A DNA stretch of 63,999 nucleotides, filler included, from Sanchytrium tribonematis (Eukaryota), in NCBI GenBank assembly GCA_018985235.1. It is 22 parts of 22 records of this genome, joined end to end, with 100 filler letters (N's around TTAATTAATTAA, not from the genome) between each part and the next. Parts side by side here need not be neighbours in the genome. Positions count along the whole stretch, not along the records: positions 1,528 to 18,546 come from JADGIG010000127.1; positions 18,647 to 20,072 come from JADGIG010001288.1; positions 20,173 to 21,597 come from JADGIG010001289.1; positions 21,698 to 23,114 come from JADGIG010001290.1; 18 more parts are not named here. One strand, 5' to 3'. Under the pieces are notes generated by a model. It was not told the origin of the DNA and ran no database searches. It was given only the letters and a program-made list of their open reading frames with translations. Position numbers and translations under genes: made by a program. Below, in pieces: positions 11,053-22,464 of this stretch (position 1 is its first letter; every line of letters begins with the position of its first letter).

Positions 11053-14005
11053 ATGGAGAACCAAAGACCTCCGCGAAGTTCAACGAATATGAGAGGCCGG
11101 CCGCCTTTCATGCGTCCTCCTATGGGTTCCAGGCCACCGTTCTATCCCACAAATAGGCCACCTTTTACGTATCCTAATAGTGCATACAATAATTCACCAG
11201 ATGAGGAAGAAACGAGAAAACTTAAAGAAATGGCATTAAAAAGACTCCAGGAGAGTGAAAATAATCAAAAAGTTATTGCTATCAGCGATGCACCGGGTTC
11301 AAAGGCGGTTGCATTCACCGATGGTCCTCCGAAAGCAATCACCTCAAAAACTGTAAAAATAGAAAGCAAACCCGTTACTATATCATCTACACCATCAAAA
11401 GCAATTCTAATAGAATCTGCTCCAAAATCAGAACCTAAAATTACTTCTAAGGAGTCCCTGAAGGAACAACAACCTGAAACAAAGCTTTTTCAAAACAAAT
11501 CCTCCAATCAGCAAAGCAAAAATTCTGGCACCAATCTAAAGCAAATCGACATAAAAGATCACGAGAGAGTAAAATCTTCACCCCCTGCACCTCAAGTCAG
11601 GAATTGGGCAAACATAGCCTCACAACCGAGTTTTAGATCACAAGATAAGCCTAGCAATGTTGTTAGATCAGTGGAGAAATCTTCTGTAAATGAAAAGAAA
11701 CCAGTTGAACAACCAAAGTTACAAGTTAAAAAAGACACAGGTTCCGAGCCAGGGAAGAATGTACAAAATGTCACTTCACAAAAAAGCGATAGAGCCAAAC
11801 CTACCATTCCTTCGCAGACCCAAAATTTGCCAAAATCTGATTTGAAGAAAGACACAATCGAGTCAACTAAAAAATTTATTTCTGAACCAACTAAAATTCC
11901 GTCTGTTTCTTCACCAAACGATAAGAAATATATCGAACTAGCTCCCAAATCCCCTTTAAAGGTGAAAGGGCTTGAGAAAGTGGACAGTCCAATAAGCTCC
12001 CCCAAATCTCCAAAGTCTCCTAAGCCTTTGAAACCCCAAGAATCATGGCGATCCGCTGCCACTGAAAAAGGACCGGATACTTGGAGAAAGCCAGATTTAG
12101 ATGCTGACGGTGATGACGAAGATGGCGAAGAGGATCCTGACAACTTATTGTCTGAGGAAATGGTAGAATTTATCGGAAATTGGAACGACAAGGAAATTAA
12201 ACTCGAACGACCCTTCGATATTAAACTAATCTACACAATTTCCTACCTTTCAAAAATGAAGGACAATGAAGCGCCTCCACCTTATGTCAATCCTGAACTT
12301 CATTATCAACTTTTTACAAACCAAAATCTCAAGAAGAAAACAAAGCAATTTAAAAAGGTCAGACGTGGTGGTAAGAGGAAATTAGCAGAAGTAGATCTCA
12401 TCGTGATGGAATTGGGACTCAAGGGAGATCTCAGGAAAGCAGAGAAAAAGTGGGCACCGCCTAAGATTTCTACAGACGACATTACTGGTCTATCATCCAA
12501 ACTCACCGGCTTATTCAATAAGCTAACAAAGGAAAATTATGATGGGGTATCTAGCCAGATTTGTGACAGTATCTGTGAAAATGTCTCAGATGAAAAAATT
12601 GGATGCTTTGTAAATATTATCTTTCAAAAAGCAATTATTGAGCAGCATTTCGTACAAATATACGCTGATTGCTGCAAATCCTTGTTTGACAAGTTGTCTC
12701 AAAAAGATCAAAAACTTTCCAAAAAGCTTTTTGAAAAGCTAGCTCAAACTTGTCAAAGTAATTTTGAGAGTAGACCGAAATGGTCCGAATTGCAGAAGAA
12801 GATCGAAGATGCTGGAAAAACTCAAGGGCAGGATATATCCGAGGAAGAAATGAACGTAATCTATATGAAAAAGCGGGCCCTAGGCAACATACAGTTTGTT
12901 GGCGCTCTTTTTTCAGTGGGTATTATTTCTGGAAAAATAATATTTACAATATTAATTATTTCGATGAAAGACAATATAGAAGATGATATAGAACTTGCTA
13001 TTTCTTTAATTAATTCTTGCGGAGTTTATATGGAGAGTTTTGTACAAAGTAATTTGGATAAAGATTTTAGAGTTCGATATAGCCAAATTTTTGGAAGATT
13101 GAAAGACGTTAGTCAAAATAAGGCAATATCCTCACGAGTTAGGTTTATGTGCATGGATATTTTAGACCAGAAACGAAAAGGCTTCGAAGTATCCGGTCCT
13201 AAAAAACTTAAAGATGTTCACCGAGAGTCTGAAGACAAGCGCCGCTCTGAAAGGCCTACTTCTGCTAGAGGAGGTAGCTTTTCAGGCAATAGGCAATCCG
13301 AGTTTAGGAGGTCGAAGCGAGGATCACAGCGAGACGAAAGACCATCATATGGGAAAGATGACAATTCGTTTCGTAAAAATATTTATAAAAGCGAAAGTCG
13401 CTCCTCTCGATTTTCTCCAGCCTCCTCACCAGTATCTCAAAATCGTAAAGAATTTAATAGTAGATCACCTCTGCCTTTTAGGGATAATCCACAGACGAAA
13501 GACTTCAAAGATAATAAGGATAAACCCACCAAAGAGTTCAAAGAAGCGAAACAAAGCATTCCAGAACAAAGTTCCAAATCAGTAGATGTTGCAGACATCA
13601 AAAAGAAATTCGATTCCAATTTTGTTTTGTTTTCAAAATCAAATAGCTCTGTTGATTTATTGGAATTTCTAAATGAAATTTCACCTTCTGAAAAAGAAAT
13701 TTTGGTTTCTGAATGGTGCTGGAAGTCTATTGAAAGTCTTCCTTCAAATATTGAAGATTTATATAAACCATTTGCAAAGGCATTTGAAAATGTTCCGAAC
13801 CTCAAAACGGTTGTCAATAATTGGTATATCTTGCTTATTTAGGCTATCGGAAATATTGGACCAAGAATTGTTTGAAGATTTATTGATGGACTTTCCAAAA
13901 TTAAAAGACATCTTAATTTTAATAGTCAAATATTTTGGAGGAAACGAATTTATAACAAAAGATAAAGAATCTAAATTTTTGAATTCAAATGTATTAAAAA
14001 AATAA
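11053..14005 (+). CDS. Translation initiation factor eIF4G-like (MIF4G domain), 2 exons
   Basis: GLFNKLTKENYD, IFQKAIIEQHFVQIYADCC, LGNIQFVGALF, SSRVRFMCMDILD; candidate 4E-binding YTISYL; intron 13824-13842. Confidence 0.85.
13824..13842 (+). other. 19-nt intron GTATATCTTGCTTATTTAG
   Basis: Removal links NNW to LSEILDQELFEDLLMDFPK, an MA3-like 'DL..D.P' segment. Confidence 0.8.
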
Positions 14006-14028
14006 AGCGCATTCCACAAAGGCCTTTG

Positions 14029-16059
14029 ATGAAAAGTGGTTTTCAAAATCGGTTTTATGACACTTCTGACGATTTCTTAGAACTGATTGAGTGCGATGAA
14101 ATTAGTGCTTTTGAGTGTTGCTATTGTGATTATGTTTTCATAATGTCTTTTCACTTTACATCTTTTAATTTTCAGAATTGGAGAAACGCATCAATTTTGA
14201 CATTAATAGACTGAATATAAATTCAATAGAATTTCTTCATTTATTTGAAAATCTAATTGAATTGAATGTGAATTGCAATAACATAGTCTCTGTGACAAAT
14301 TTACCGAGTAAAATCATTAAGCTTAGTATTGCGAAAAATAAAATTTCATCCGTGGAATGCTTAAAAACCTCATTTAAATTTCTTAATATTGCAGGCAACA
14401 ATCTAATAGACCTCTATGAATTACTAACATTAGAAGCGGAGTGTCTTATTCTTTTTGATGGAGCATTCGAAGACAAGTTTGAAGCCAAGGACAGGCAATT
14501 TATCCGAAAATTTGTATTGAAAAACAATAAAAAACTCGGAAAGATTGATCTTCAGCCCAGCTGCAGGAATGTGCACGATGAAGAAACATTTATGGATCAG
14601 GTTTATAACAGTGTACTAAATAATGAATTTGATATGACAAAATTTTATCTTGATAAAAAATTTGGAAGCGGAATTTCATTTCGATACGAAAATACTAAAA
14701 ATATTCAGATTGAACATCAAGCTTGGTTAAAATTTGTATCAAAAAACATGAACGAGATTGAATATGATGGTCAGATGATCCAGACAATCGCAATAAAGTC
14801 TGATTGGACAGCACTACTACTCTCAACAAACTTGAAAACTAATCTTTTGTCGAAAGAAACTAATGCGAAAGTTGAGTATTCAACTTATATGGTTGCGAAC
14901 AAGAAATACCAGTTGGCTACAAAAATCACAATAGCAGATTCATCTTTTCAAAATTATCGATTCGAAAATGTCTGGATCAATAGTAATCAAATTCAATTGG
15001 AAATTCAAGGCATTAAATATTTAACATTCTTGGACCTTTCAAACCAACTTGTATCAACAATACCAATCTCAGACTTTAAACATCTTCAGATATTGTTGCT
15101 ATCTGGAAACAAATTTGACAAAATTCCAATAATTCCAAGTTTAGTATTATTAGATATAGCAAATAATAAGATAGACAATGTCAAGGAATTGTTCAAAGTT
15201 ACATTTTTAAGAAAACTAAAATCACTAGATATTCGTTTTAATCTTGTATCAGCAAGGGCAGTATTTTTGAAGGCGATTTTGCCAAACCTTAAATTTGTTA
15301 ATAATTGTTCGGTAGGTAATAAGGAGTTGAATCTAACTACATTAAGTGAAGATATTACTCATGCTTTATTACCGCTGACTTTTGAAAGCGTTAATAGCCT
15401 TGTTTTACCATTTAATAAGATAAAGGAGGTAGATTTCAATTTTTCTTATGCTTTTCCAAATTTAATTGACTTGAATTTGTCAAACAATTCCATTTCTGAC
15501 GTTTCCTTTTTGAGCAATTGTGAAAAATTAAAATGCCTTGATCTTTCTTGTAATAGCATCATCAATTTTGAAATAATTCTGCAAGGAATAGAAAAATTAA
15601 ATCTGGCCCATAACCAAATACGAGAAATGGCAGCTTTGGTGCAACCTTCATTAAAGAGATTAGACTTGCATCACAATCATATTGCGAGGCTTCAAATCAA
15701 TGGAATATTGGCGAGCCTTAGATATCTAAATATTTCAAAAAATAGAATTTCGCACATCCAGCCAAAAATACTAAGCAAACTCCCAAATTTAGAAGAGCTG
15801 TTGATTAAGTAATTTTAGTTCATTTAGCGACAACAAATTATCAAAGCTAGCTTCGCTATCAGGTGAAATTCAAAATTTAGACGTTAGTAATAATTCATTG
15901 AGTGATATTAACGAGCTATATTTGTTAAAATTGCCAAGGTGTAAAAGTTTGAACATTAGAGGTAATTCATTTTGTAGATTCAAGCATTTTGTGGAATACG
16001 TGTTTCATTCTTGCCCTTCAATCCAAGTTTTGAATGGAAATCCAATCACTAGGGAGTAA
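14029..16059 (+). CDS. SDS22-type leucine-rich-repeat protein with LRRcap; 5' structure uncertain
   Basis: Many LxxLDLSxNxI repeats; intron 15809-15827 adds further LRRs and a cap (NSFC...CPSIQVLNG); frame discontinuity near 14170-14215 unresolved. Confidence 0.75.
15809..15827 (+). other. 19-nt intron GTAATTTTAGTTCATTTAG
   Basis: Removal gives LEELLINDNKL, an intact LRR register. Confidence 0.88.
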
Positions 16060-16071
16060 ACTTGGGAGAAG

Positions 16072-17400
16072 ATGGATGTAAGTAAAATTTTATTTGATTT
16101 GAATTCAAGATCAAGCAACCCAATAATTTTGGAGGGTTTTGATACTGAAGGATTATTTGCACAACTAGAATCAAATTACGGCGAGATTTGTAGACCCATA
16201 AGAAAGGTTGTTTTCGAGAGCAATGTTAATGTTAACCTAACTGAAGACGATATAGATCAAGACCAGAAAAGAGACGCAGAGGAAATTGTGTCTTTAGAAA
16301 ATCAGGAGAAGTCTATTGAAAGCGATTCCGTTGACTCTGATATTTATGAAGGAGCCGATGATGAATTTTTCTCAATGAAAGAAATGAAGAAGTTTGTTGA
16401 GTCACAAGAACATGAAGACGAACGCAGTTTCGATAACAGTGAAGAATCGGAAACAGAAATTGCAGAAGACGTTGATTATGATAATATAAAATTTGATGAC
16501 TTTTTTGAAGATCAACCAGACTTACGAAATAATACAAAGCATTCAAAAGAACAAGAGCAAATACGAGAAAAGATTTTGGAGCTTGAGAAAGCCAAGCTTC
16601 TTAATTATCTCCCGGAGAGCAAGCCATTTGCACTTAAGGGTGAAGTTTCTGCGAGAGATAGAGAAAGAGATGATTTATTAGAAATCGATATTGAGCATGA
16701 TACAGTTAAAAAACCAATGCCAGCTACTCAAAATATAAGTTTAGACAATTTAATTCGAGACCGTGTTGAAAATATGGTTTTTGATAATATACAGCGTAAG
16801 CAAGATGTTGACACTACGCACATTCAAGATTCCAGTACTTTAGTTGAAAAGAAGAAAAAATTTAATATTGAAGAACACACCTCAAAAAGCAAAAAAACTC
16901 TAGCCCAACTTTATGAAGAGGAGTATCTCCAAAAGCAACAAGACGATCTGTTTGGAAGTGCGGTAGGAAAGGAAAGACCAAAGGAACATATTGAAATTGA
17001 ATCGCTGTGGTCCAAGGTCGAGGAACAATTGAATATGTTGAGCAATAGCTTTTACAGGCCAAAAGCGTATAGCTCTGAAATATCAGCCGAGCAACCTCAT
17101 AATATTATTACAAAAGAAGACATACAGCCTGCAGCTATTAATGAAATGATCTCTGAAAAGCCTAAGGAAATTGTGGCTTTCAAGGAATACAGCGAGATGA
17201 ATCAACAAGAACGCCAAGCTCATAGAAGGAAAAACAAATTGTACAAGAAGAAAACTGCTGCAAAGAGGCAATTAATTGATCGAGTCATAAATGCATCTAA
17301 GCCAAAGGTTTTAAAACAAAAGAAACAAGACGTTTTAACTCAATTAATGAGAGATTCCAAAATATCGATTGCTGATCAAAAAGGTAAAATAGTTAAATAA
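16072..17400 (+). CDS. MPP10: U3 snoRNP protein Mpp10
   Basis: FFSMKEMKKF, KPFALKGEVSARDR..DLLE, SKKTLAQLYEEEY, LSNSFYRPK. Confidence 0.88.
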   Translation: MDVSKILFDLNSRSSNPIILEGFDTEGLFAQLESNYGEICRPIRKVVFESNVNVNLTEDDIDQDQKRDAEEIVSLENQEKSIESDSVDSDIYEGADDEFFSMKEMKKFVESQEHEDERSFDNSEESETEIAEDVDYDNIKFDDFFEDQPDLRNNTKHSKEQEQIREKILELEKAKLLNYLPESKPFALKGEVSARDRERDDLLEIDIEHDTVKKPMPATQNISLDNLIRDRVENMVFDNIQRKQDVDTTHIQDSSTLVEKKKKFNIEEHTSKSKKTLAQLYEEEYLQKQQDDLFGSAVGKERPKEHIEIESLWSKVEEQLNMLSNSFYRPKAYSSEISAEQPHNIITKEDIQPAAINEMISEKPKEIVAFKEYSEMNQQERQAHRRKNKLYKKKTAAKRQLIDRVINASKPKVLKQKKQDVLTQLMRDSKISIADQKGKIVK

Positions 17401-17413
17401 ATGCTGATCTCAT

Positions 17414-17614
17414 TTACTGATTTCTAGTTCTCGGAGCCGGATGAAATTGTTCCCAATTAAAAGTATGACCATGCAACCAAGTATGCCAATCTTTTTTAAA
17501 ATGAAGCATCACCCAAAGCCAAGTAACAGTCCCAAATGAATATGTAAGCAGTCGCATTGATCTAGGTGGGTTAGGTATTCTTGACTGAGAGGTGGAATGT
17601 GAATGAGATCCCAT
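17414..17614 (-). CDS. NDUFB2: Complex I accessory subunit NDUFB2 (AGGG)-like
   Basis: 66 aa, single TM FGTVTWLWVMLHFKKD followed by a His/Trp-rich tail. Confidence 0.65.
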   Translation of the reverse strand: MGSHSHSTSQSRIPNPPRSMRLLTYSFGTVTWLWVMLHFKKDWHTWLHGHTFNWEQFHPAPRTRNQ

Positions 17615-17693
17615 GTGTTTTCAAATTTAATCTCCCATAAAACAAACTATCAAAACAAAATACTATATAAATGCAAAATTTACTAAATTTCAA

Positions 17694-17775
17694 CCGATGA
17701 TAGCTCAGTTGGCAGAGCGGTGGACTGTAATCTTCAGATATCCATAGGTCGTGTGTTCAAATCACACTCATCGGA
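17694..17775 (+). tRNA. tRNA-Tyr(GTA) with a 9-nt intron (17731-17739)
   Basis: Acceptor stem CCGATGA/TCATCGG, D arm GCTC/GAGC, anticodon stem GTGGA/TCCAT with loop CT-GTA-A[intron]A, T arm GTGTG-TTCAAAT-CACAC; upstream TATATAAA, downstream TTTT. Confidence 0.95.
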
Positions 17776-17859
17776 AAATGTTTTATCTCCTATTATCACG
17801 GATGACTACAAGTTGGCTTAGTAGAATACCATTTAATTTCAACAGTAAGATGTTTAAAT

Positions 17860-18546
17860 TTATTCTAGACTTTTATATGGATTCAGAAAGTCAATTACAT
17901 TACGCACATGGGACCATAAATTTTCAGCATAACCACCATTTCGCAAATCCATTGAATCCTCCAAAATTTTTTCGAGCTCGGAATTGGGCGACAACTTACC
18001 CAGTCGTCGATTCTTTTGTTTTTCTGATATTGTATTTTGATTTCCAACAGTTCTTGCTTTCATGTTCATTTTCTTCCAATCGTTTTTCTTGATAATTCCT
18101 TTGCGGTATTTGTGAAGTGAATCCATACTTGGACTTCTGTCATAATCATTTGGAGAGTGGGTTACATGCAATCGAGGTTCAGAGAAATAAACATTTCGAT
18201 TTTGAATTCTTCTAGATCTTTTAATGAGAGATTTTTCGGGAGTTTTCCATCTATGAGGAGAATCCTGCCTATCTGGTGGTGGTATCGCTTTTTTTGGTGT
18301 ACTAAAGATTTTGCCTTGTATCGAATTGGGTGATTTTGAGCTTTCAGGCTTGTCCACAAAAGGAGATTTGTGCTTCTTAGATAATGGTGAAGATTCCAAA
18401 GAACTGTCAGAGGATTCATAGCTTACAATATCCTCTTGCGGATCATTTTGCTTTGACTCAAGATGAACAGGCGTTATGTGTACCTTTCTTTTAGTTGCAA
18501 CAACAGGACTTTTAGTAGGAGAAGAATCCAGCCTAATTCTCTTGTT
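17860..18546 (-). CDS. SP/TP-rich protein with a neurabin/Bni4/Phactr-type PP1-binding motif, 5'-partial
   Basis: RNVYF (RVxF-like) followed by VTHSPNDYDR; many S/T-P-x-K sites. Confidence 0.55.
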   Translation of the reverse strand, partial: NKRIRLDSSPTKSPVVATKRKVHITPVHLESKQNDPQEDIVSYESSDSSLESSPLSKKHKSPFVDKPESSKSPNSIQGKIFSTPKKAIPPPDRQDSPHRWKTPEKSLIKRSRRIQNRNVYFSEPRLHVTHSPNDYDRSPSMDSLHKYRKGIIKKNDWKKMNMKARTVGNQNTISEKQKNRRLGKLSPNSELEKILEDSMDLRNGGYAENLWSHVRNVIDFLNPYKSLE

Positions 18547-18670
18547 NNNNNNNNNNNNNNNNNNNNNNNNNNNNNNNNNNNNNNNNNNNNTTAATTAATT
18601 AANNNNNNNNNNNNNNNNNNNNNNNNNNNNNNNNNNNNNNNNNNNNCAATTTTGATTTTTCAAGCCACTC

Positions 18671-20072
18671 ATGTCTGGTTTAGAAATTATTCTAGCAGAT
18701 CGTGCTATTGGATTACTAGCTATCACTATCCCACTACTCCATGAATCAGTTTCTAAACAATATTTAGAAGAAATTAATGTTCTCCATCAACGAGTCACTA
18801 GAATCCATTTATTACTTAAGAATCTTAACCCAAAACAATCTGTCACGACTATATCAGCATTAAAACAGCTATTATACATCTTAAATGACTTGAATCAGTT
18901 TCTAAATGGACTGAAAAAAGATTTAAACGCGTCTCCTTTAAAATTCAAGAAATACATTGATTTATTGACGGGCAGTATGAATGATTTATTATTATGCGAT
19001 TTAATTGATATTAAAGGGGATACATCCATGTTGCATCAACAAAATGTAGAAATGCGTCAAATCTTGTCAAATGTCATGACTAAATTAGATCAGGGCAATT
19101 CATTTGAATCAGATCAAGTCCAGTCACTCATTAAACAACAATCTGAGTTGGTTTTAGAAATGCAAAATATGAAATTGATTATGCAGCGCGTGATTAAAGA
19201 ATCTGATCATCATTTGGTGGATTTACATGATTTATCCAATACGAAATCACAAATATTAAAATCATCCAAAGTCTTTCAAATAGAGTACTTAAGAGATGTC
19301 AAAATTGATTATTCTAAAAAATGTGGATCTGGTTCATTTGGGACTGTTTATGTCGCAGAATGGATGGGAATGGATGTAGCAGTCAAGAAATTACAAGTAC
19401 CTTTTAATGATCCACACACCAATTCTATTTCTAGTGACGCGACTGAATTCAGTAAAATGATTTTGGGAGAATTACGCGCGTTTGAAAAATTGCAGCAATC
19501 TCCAAATATTGTGAGATTTTTTGGAGCTACGTCGATTGATAATCAATTGGGACTCGTTACAGAGTATTTAAGCAATCATACCTTGTCACATTGGCTATAT
19601 ATCAATAAAGACAACACATTTGAGCAATATAAAATGCAAGTATTGCTGGGGATTGCAAGGGGGTTAGAACATTGCCATTCGCATTCCATTTCTCATAATG
19701 ATGTCAAATCGGGTAATATTATGATGGATCATTTATTTATTCCACGAATTATTGATTTGGGAATGGCTAAATTAAATAATACAAATTCTTCGTCTAGTGC
19801 CTCACAAACACGCGGAATTGGTACAAATCAATGGAGAGCACCTGAATACTGGTTAGCCAACCCTGATAATCTTAAATTAAGGAAACAATATCCATTTGCT
19901 GGAGATGTTTACTCATACGCGATTGTGATGGGAGAATGCATTACAAAAGAGATTCCATGGGATGGATGTGGTGCGACTGAAATAAAAGAAGCTGTATTGG
20001 CTAATCACAGACCCTATCACATTAAAACTCATAAAATATTGTTTAATCATCCAATTTATGAAATAATGGAGA
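18671..20072 (+). CDS. TKL-type protein kinase with N-terminal helical bundle (MLKL-NTD/HeLo-like), 3'-partial
   Basis: GSGSFG, VAVK, HNDVKSGN, DLG and WRAPE motifs; about 200-aa amphipathic and coiled-coil N-terminus. Confidence 0.85.
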
Positions 20073-20173
20073 NNNNNNNNNNNNNNNNNNNNNNNNNNNN
20101 NNNNNNNNNNNNNNNNTTAATTAATTAANNNNNNNNNNNNNNNNNNNNNNNNNNNNNNNNNNNNNNNNNNNNC

Positions 20174-20447
20174 CAGTTGTTGGAGGAGCTGCTGCTGATG
20201 GAGCTACTGATGGAGCTGCTGATGGGGCTGCTGGTGGGGCTGCTGGTGGAGCAGGTGGAGCAGGTGCAACTGATGGAGCTGCTGGTTGGGCTGGAGGAGC
20301 GGGAGCTGGCGGGGCCGGATCAGCTGGTGCAGGATCAGCTGGAGGAGCTGCTGCTACTGGTGCTGCATCTTTTAAACATTTGGTAGGTGCTGCTGATATA
20401 CTGCTTGGAAATATGTATCCGGAAAAACATTTGACTACAACTTGCAT
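20174..20447 (-). CDS. Pro/Ala-rich low-complexity protein fragment
   Basis: PAPADPAPPAPAPP/AAPS repeats; runs into a gap; start uncertain. Confidence 0.5.
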
Positions 20448-20822
20448 GGGTTTATTATGTATCTCGTAACAGACTTGGTGCTAATACTTTGTTCATATCT
20501 ATTTGCCAATCATATGGAATCTCAAGTGAAAAATTCCCTGTTCATTTGTCATTAGCCAATTGAAGGAATTTAACAACCCTGTTTCATTTTAGCATTACCC
20601 AATCATATTACTATATTGATATTGGGTTAATTGGGTTCAATTACAGGTAAATTGTGCAAAACAGTTGTGATACCAAGTGACCAACAAGTGGTAAAGACTC
20701 CCTTTGGATTGGACTGATGGATTCCAATTATTAATGTTTAAGTGCATCCAAATCAATCAATGTTAAACTAATTGCGATCGATTGAGCAAGTTTTAAATAC
20801 CCCAGAAAATAGATATTTTTTT

Positions 20823-20836
20823 GGAATATTCCAGAG
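20823..20836. promoter_or_regulatory. HSE-like palindrome GGAATATTCC(AGAG) upstream of the GST gene; repeated at 21520-21533
   Basis: nGAAnnTTCn pattern kept in both duplicated GST upstream regions. Confidence 0.4.
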
Positions 20837-20875
20837 AAGATCTAATGAAGGAACGACCGTACATTTCCCCCAAAC

Positions 20876-21502
20876 ATGACCCCAAAATTAGAACTGACTT
20901 ACTTTGATTTCAGAGGAAGAGCAGAACCCATTAGACTTGCTTTACAAGTTGCAAATATTCCATTTGTAGACCACAGAATGAAAAGAGAAGAATGGCCAAC
21001 TTTGAAGCCAAATACGCCATTTGGACAGGTACCCATCTTGACCATTGATGACAAGATTGTGATAGCGCAATCTTTAGCTATTTTGAGATATGTTGGTAAA
21101 TTGGGTAATTTATATCCACAAGATTCATTACAAGCTGCATTTGTAGATCAAGTCATTGATCAGCTTAAAGAAATTGGGGATGGGTTGACTGAATCATCAC
21201 AAGAACAAGATGAACAAAAAAAATTAAATATGAGAGAGAAATTGGCAAATGAAACATGGCCTGTCAAATTTAAGGCATTAGAAGCCGTACTGGTAAAACA
21301 TGGAAATGGATATGTTGTTGGAACCCAAATGAGTATTGCTGATATATTAATATACACATTTTCAGCATATATCACGTCCGGGATTCTCGATGGAATTCCA
21401 AAGACTGTTTTGGATGGATATACTACCATTTCAAAGTTAAGAAAACAAGTAGGTGATCATCCTAAAGTAGCAGAATGGAATGTTAATTTCAATAAATATT
21501 AA
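20876..21502 (+). CDS. Glutathione S-transferase, sigma-like
   Basis: LTYFDFRGRAEPIRL, PFGQVPIL, AQSLAILRY, SIADI. Confidence 0.93.
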   Translation: MTPKLELTYFDFRGRAEPIRLALQVANIPFVDHRMKREEWPTLKPNTPFGQVPILTIDDKIVIAQSLAILRYVGKLGNLYPQDSLQAAFVDQVIDQLKEIGDGLTESSQEQDEQKKLNMREKLANETWPVKFKALEAVLVKHGNGYVVGTQMSIADILIYTFSAYITSGILDGIPKTVLDGYTTISKLRKQVGDHPKVAEWNVNFNKY

Positions 21503-21574
21503 ATATGAGATATTTTTTTGGAATGTTCCAGAGGTGTCTTAATGAACGTGTTCCAATATCCCCATCAAACAGAA

Positions 21575-21597
21575 ATGTCACCAAAGTTAAAATTATC
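21575..21597 (+). CDS. Start of a second tandem GST paralogue, truncated by the gap
   Basis: MSPKLKL versus MTPKLEL, preceded by a duplicated upstream block. Confidence 0.6.
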
Positions 21598-21697
21598 NNN
21601 NNNNNNNNNNNNNNNNNNNNNNNNNNNNNNNNNNNNNNNNNTTAATTAATTAANNNNNNNNNNNNNNNNNNNNNNNNNNNNNNNNNNNNNNNNNNNN

Positions 21698-22078
21698 TCT
21701 AAGTCCAACACTCTTCTTCAAGAGAACATTATTCAAAAAGAAGATCGGCGTGAAGAACTTGAGGATCTAGTTGAAGTTGCTAAGGAACATTTAAATTTGC
21801 TTCAAGAAGAGAAAAAAAAGTATTCCAGCAAAAGTGAAGAATCACTTGGAACTATTAAAGAAAAATTAAAAAGAAAATTGTATGAGCTGGAGACGAAATA
21901 TGGTGATCTTTCTGAGGAGGAAACTAATTTGAGAAGTGTAATTGAACCCAACAAAAAAATGATTGTCTCTTTCGAGATCATAAACAAAATATTAGAACAG
22001 AAAAAGATGGACAATGATGATTCTTTAAATGCTTCATTAGAAGACGCCAAGAATTTGGAAAACAGAATGATTTTATGA
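21698..22078 (+). CDS. Coiled-coil protein, C-terminal fragment
   Basis: Open frame from the contig edge with heptad-like E/K/L composition. Confidence 0.5.
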   Translation, partial: SKSNTLLQENIIQKEDRREELEDLVEVAKEHLNLLQEEKKKYSSKSEESLGTIKEKLKRKLYELETKYGDLSEEETNLRSVIEPNKKMIVSFEIINKILEQKKMDNDDSLNASLEDAKNLENRMIL

Positions 22079-22169
22079 TTGTGGAATAAAGGTACGACTT
22101 TTTATGTTTGTTCTAGCAATTTCTCCCAGATTCAAAATATTTTCTTGATTTTCTGCTCCTAGTTTTGTA

Positions 22170-22451
22170 ATGGACCTTTGTGATGAGTTGCTACAACATA
22201 TTACAGCTATTGACAGGCACTACAGTAAAATAATTAAGAATTATAAAGAAGCAAATAGAAAAGAGTTGGATCATCTAACTTTGCACAATCCTGAATCCTC
22301 CATGAATTCTGCGGAATTCTTTAGAGAGAGGACAATTAATATTATGGACCAAATGAACGATGACTTGGAACTTTGCTCGCAATACCTCAGAGCTCAAATA
22401 AAGCAAGCCACAGAAGATGAAAAATGCAAATTCGACTTTATTAAAAATTGA
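22170..22451 (+). CDS. Small helical protein, possibly Mediator subunit Med11
   Basis: L..I..ID..I and F....L..LRAQI pattern, 93 aa. Confidence 0.35.
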   Translation: MDLCDELLQHITAIDRHYSKIIKNYKEANRKELDHLTLHNPESSMNSAEFFRERTINIMDQMNDDLELCSQYLRAQIKQATEDEKCKFDFIKN

Positions 22452-22464
22452 AATATTTCAATGT

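Noticed and set aside
11592..12191. Long antisense ORFs (also 875-1099, 9425-9754, 13437-13817 and others)
   Set aside because: Shadows of real genes on the opposite strand with no recognisable motifs.
17751..18092. ORF overlapping the tRNA 3' end
   Set aside because: GTG start inside the tRNA and antisense to a better-supported gene.
20174..20390. GC-rich short tandem repeats as a possible CRISPR array or satellite
   Set aside because: Codon-level repeats of a Pro/Ala-rich coding region; no repeat-spacer structure.
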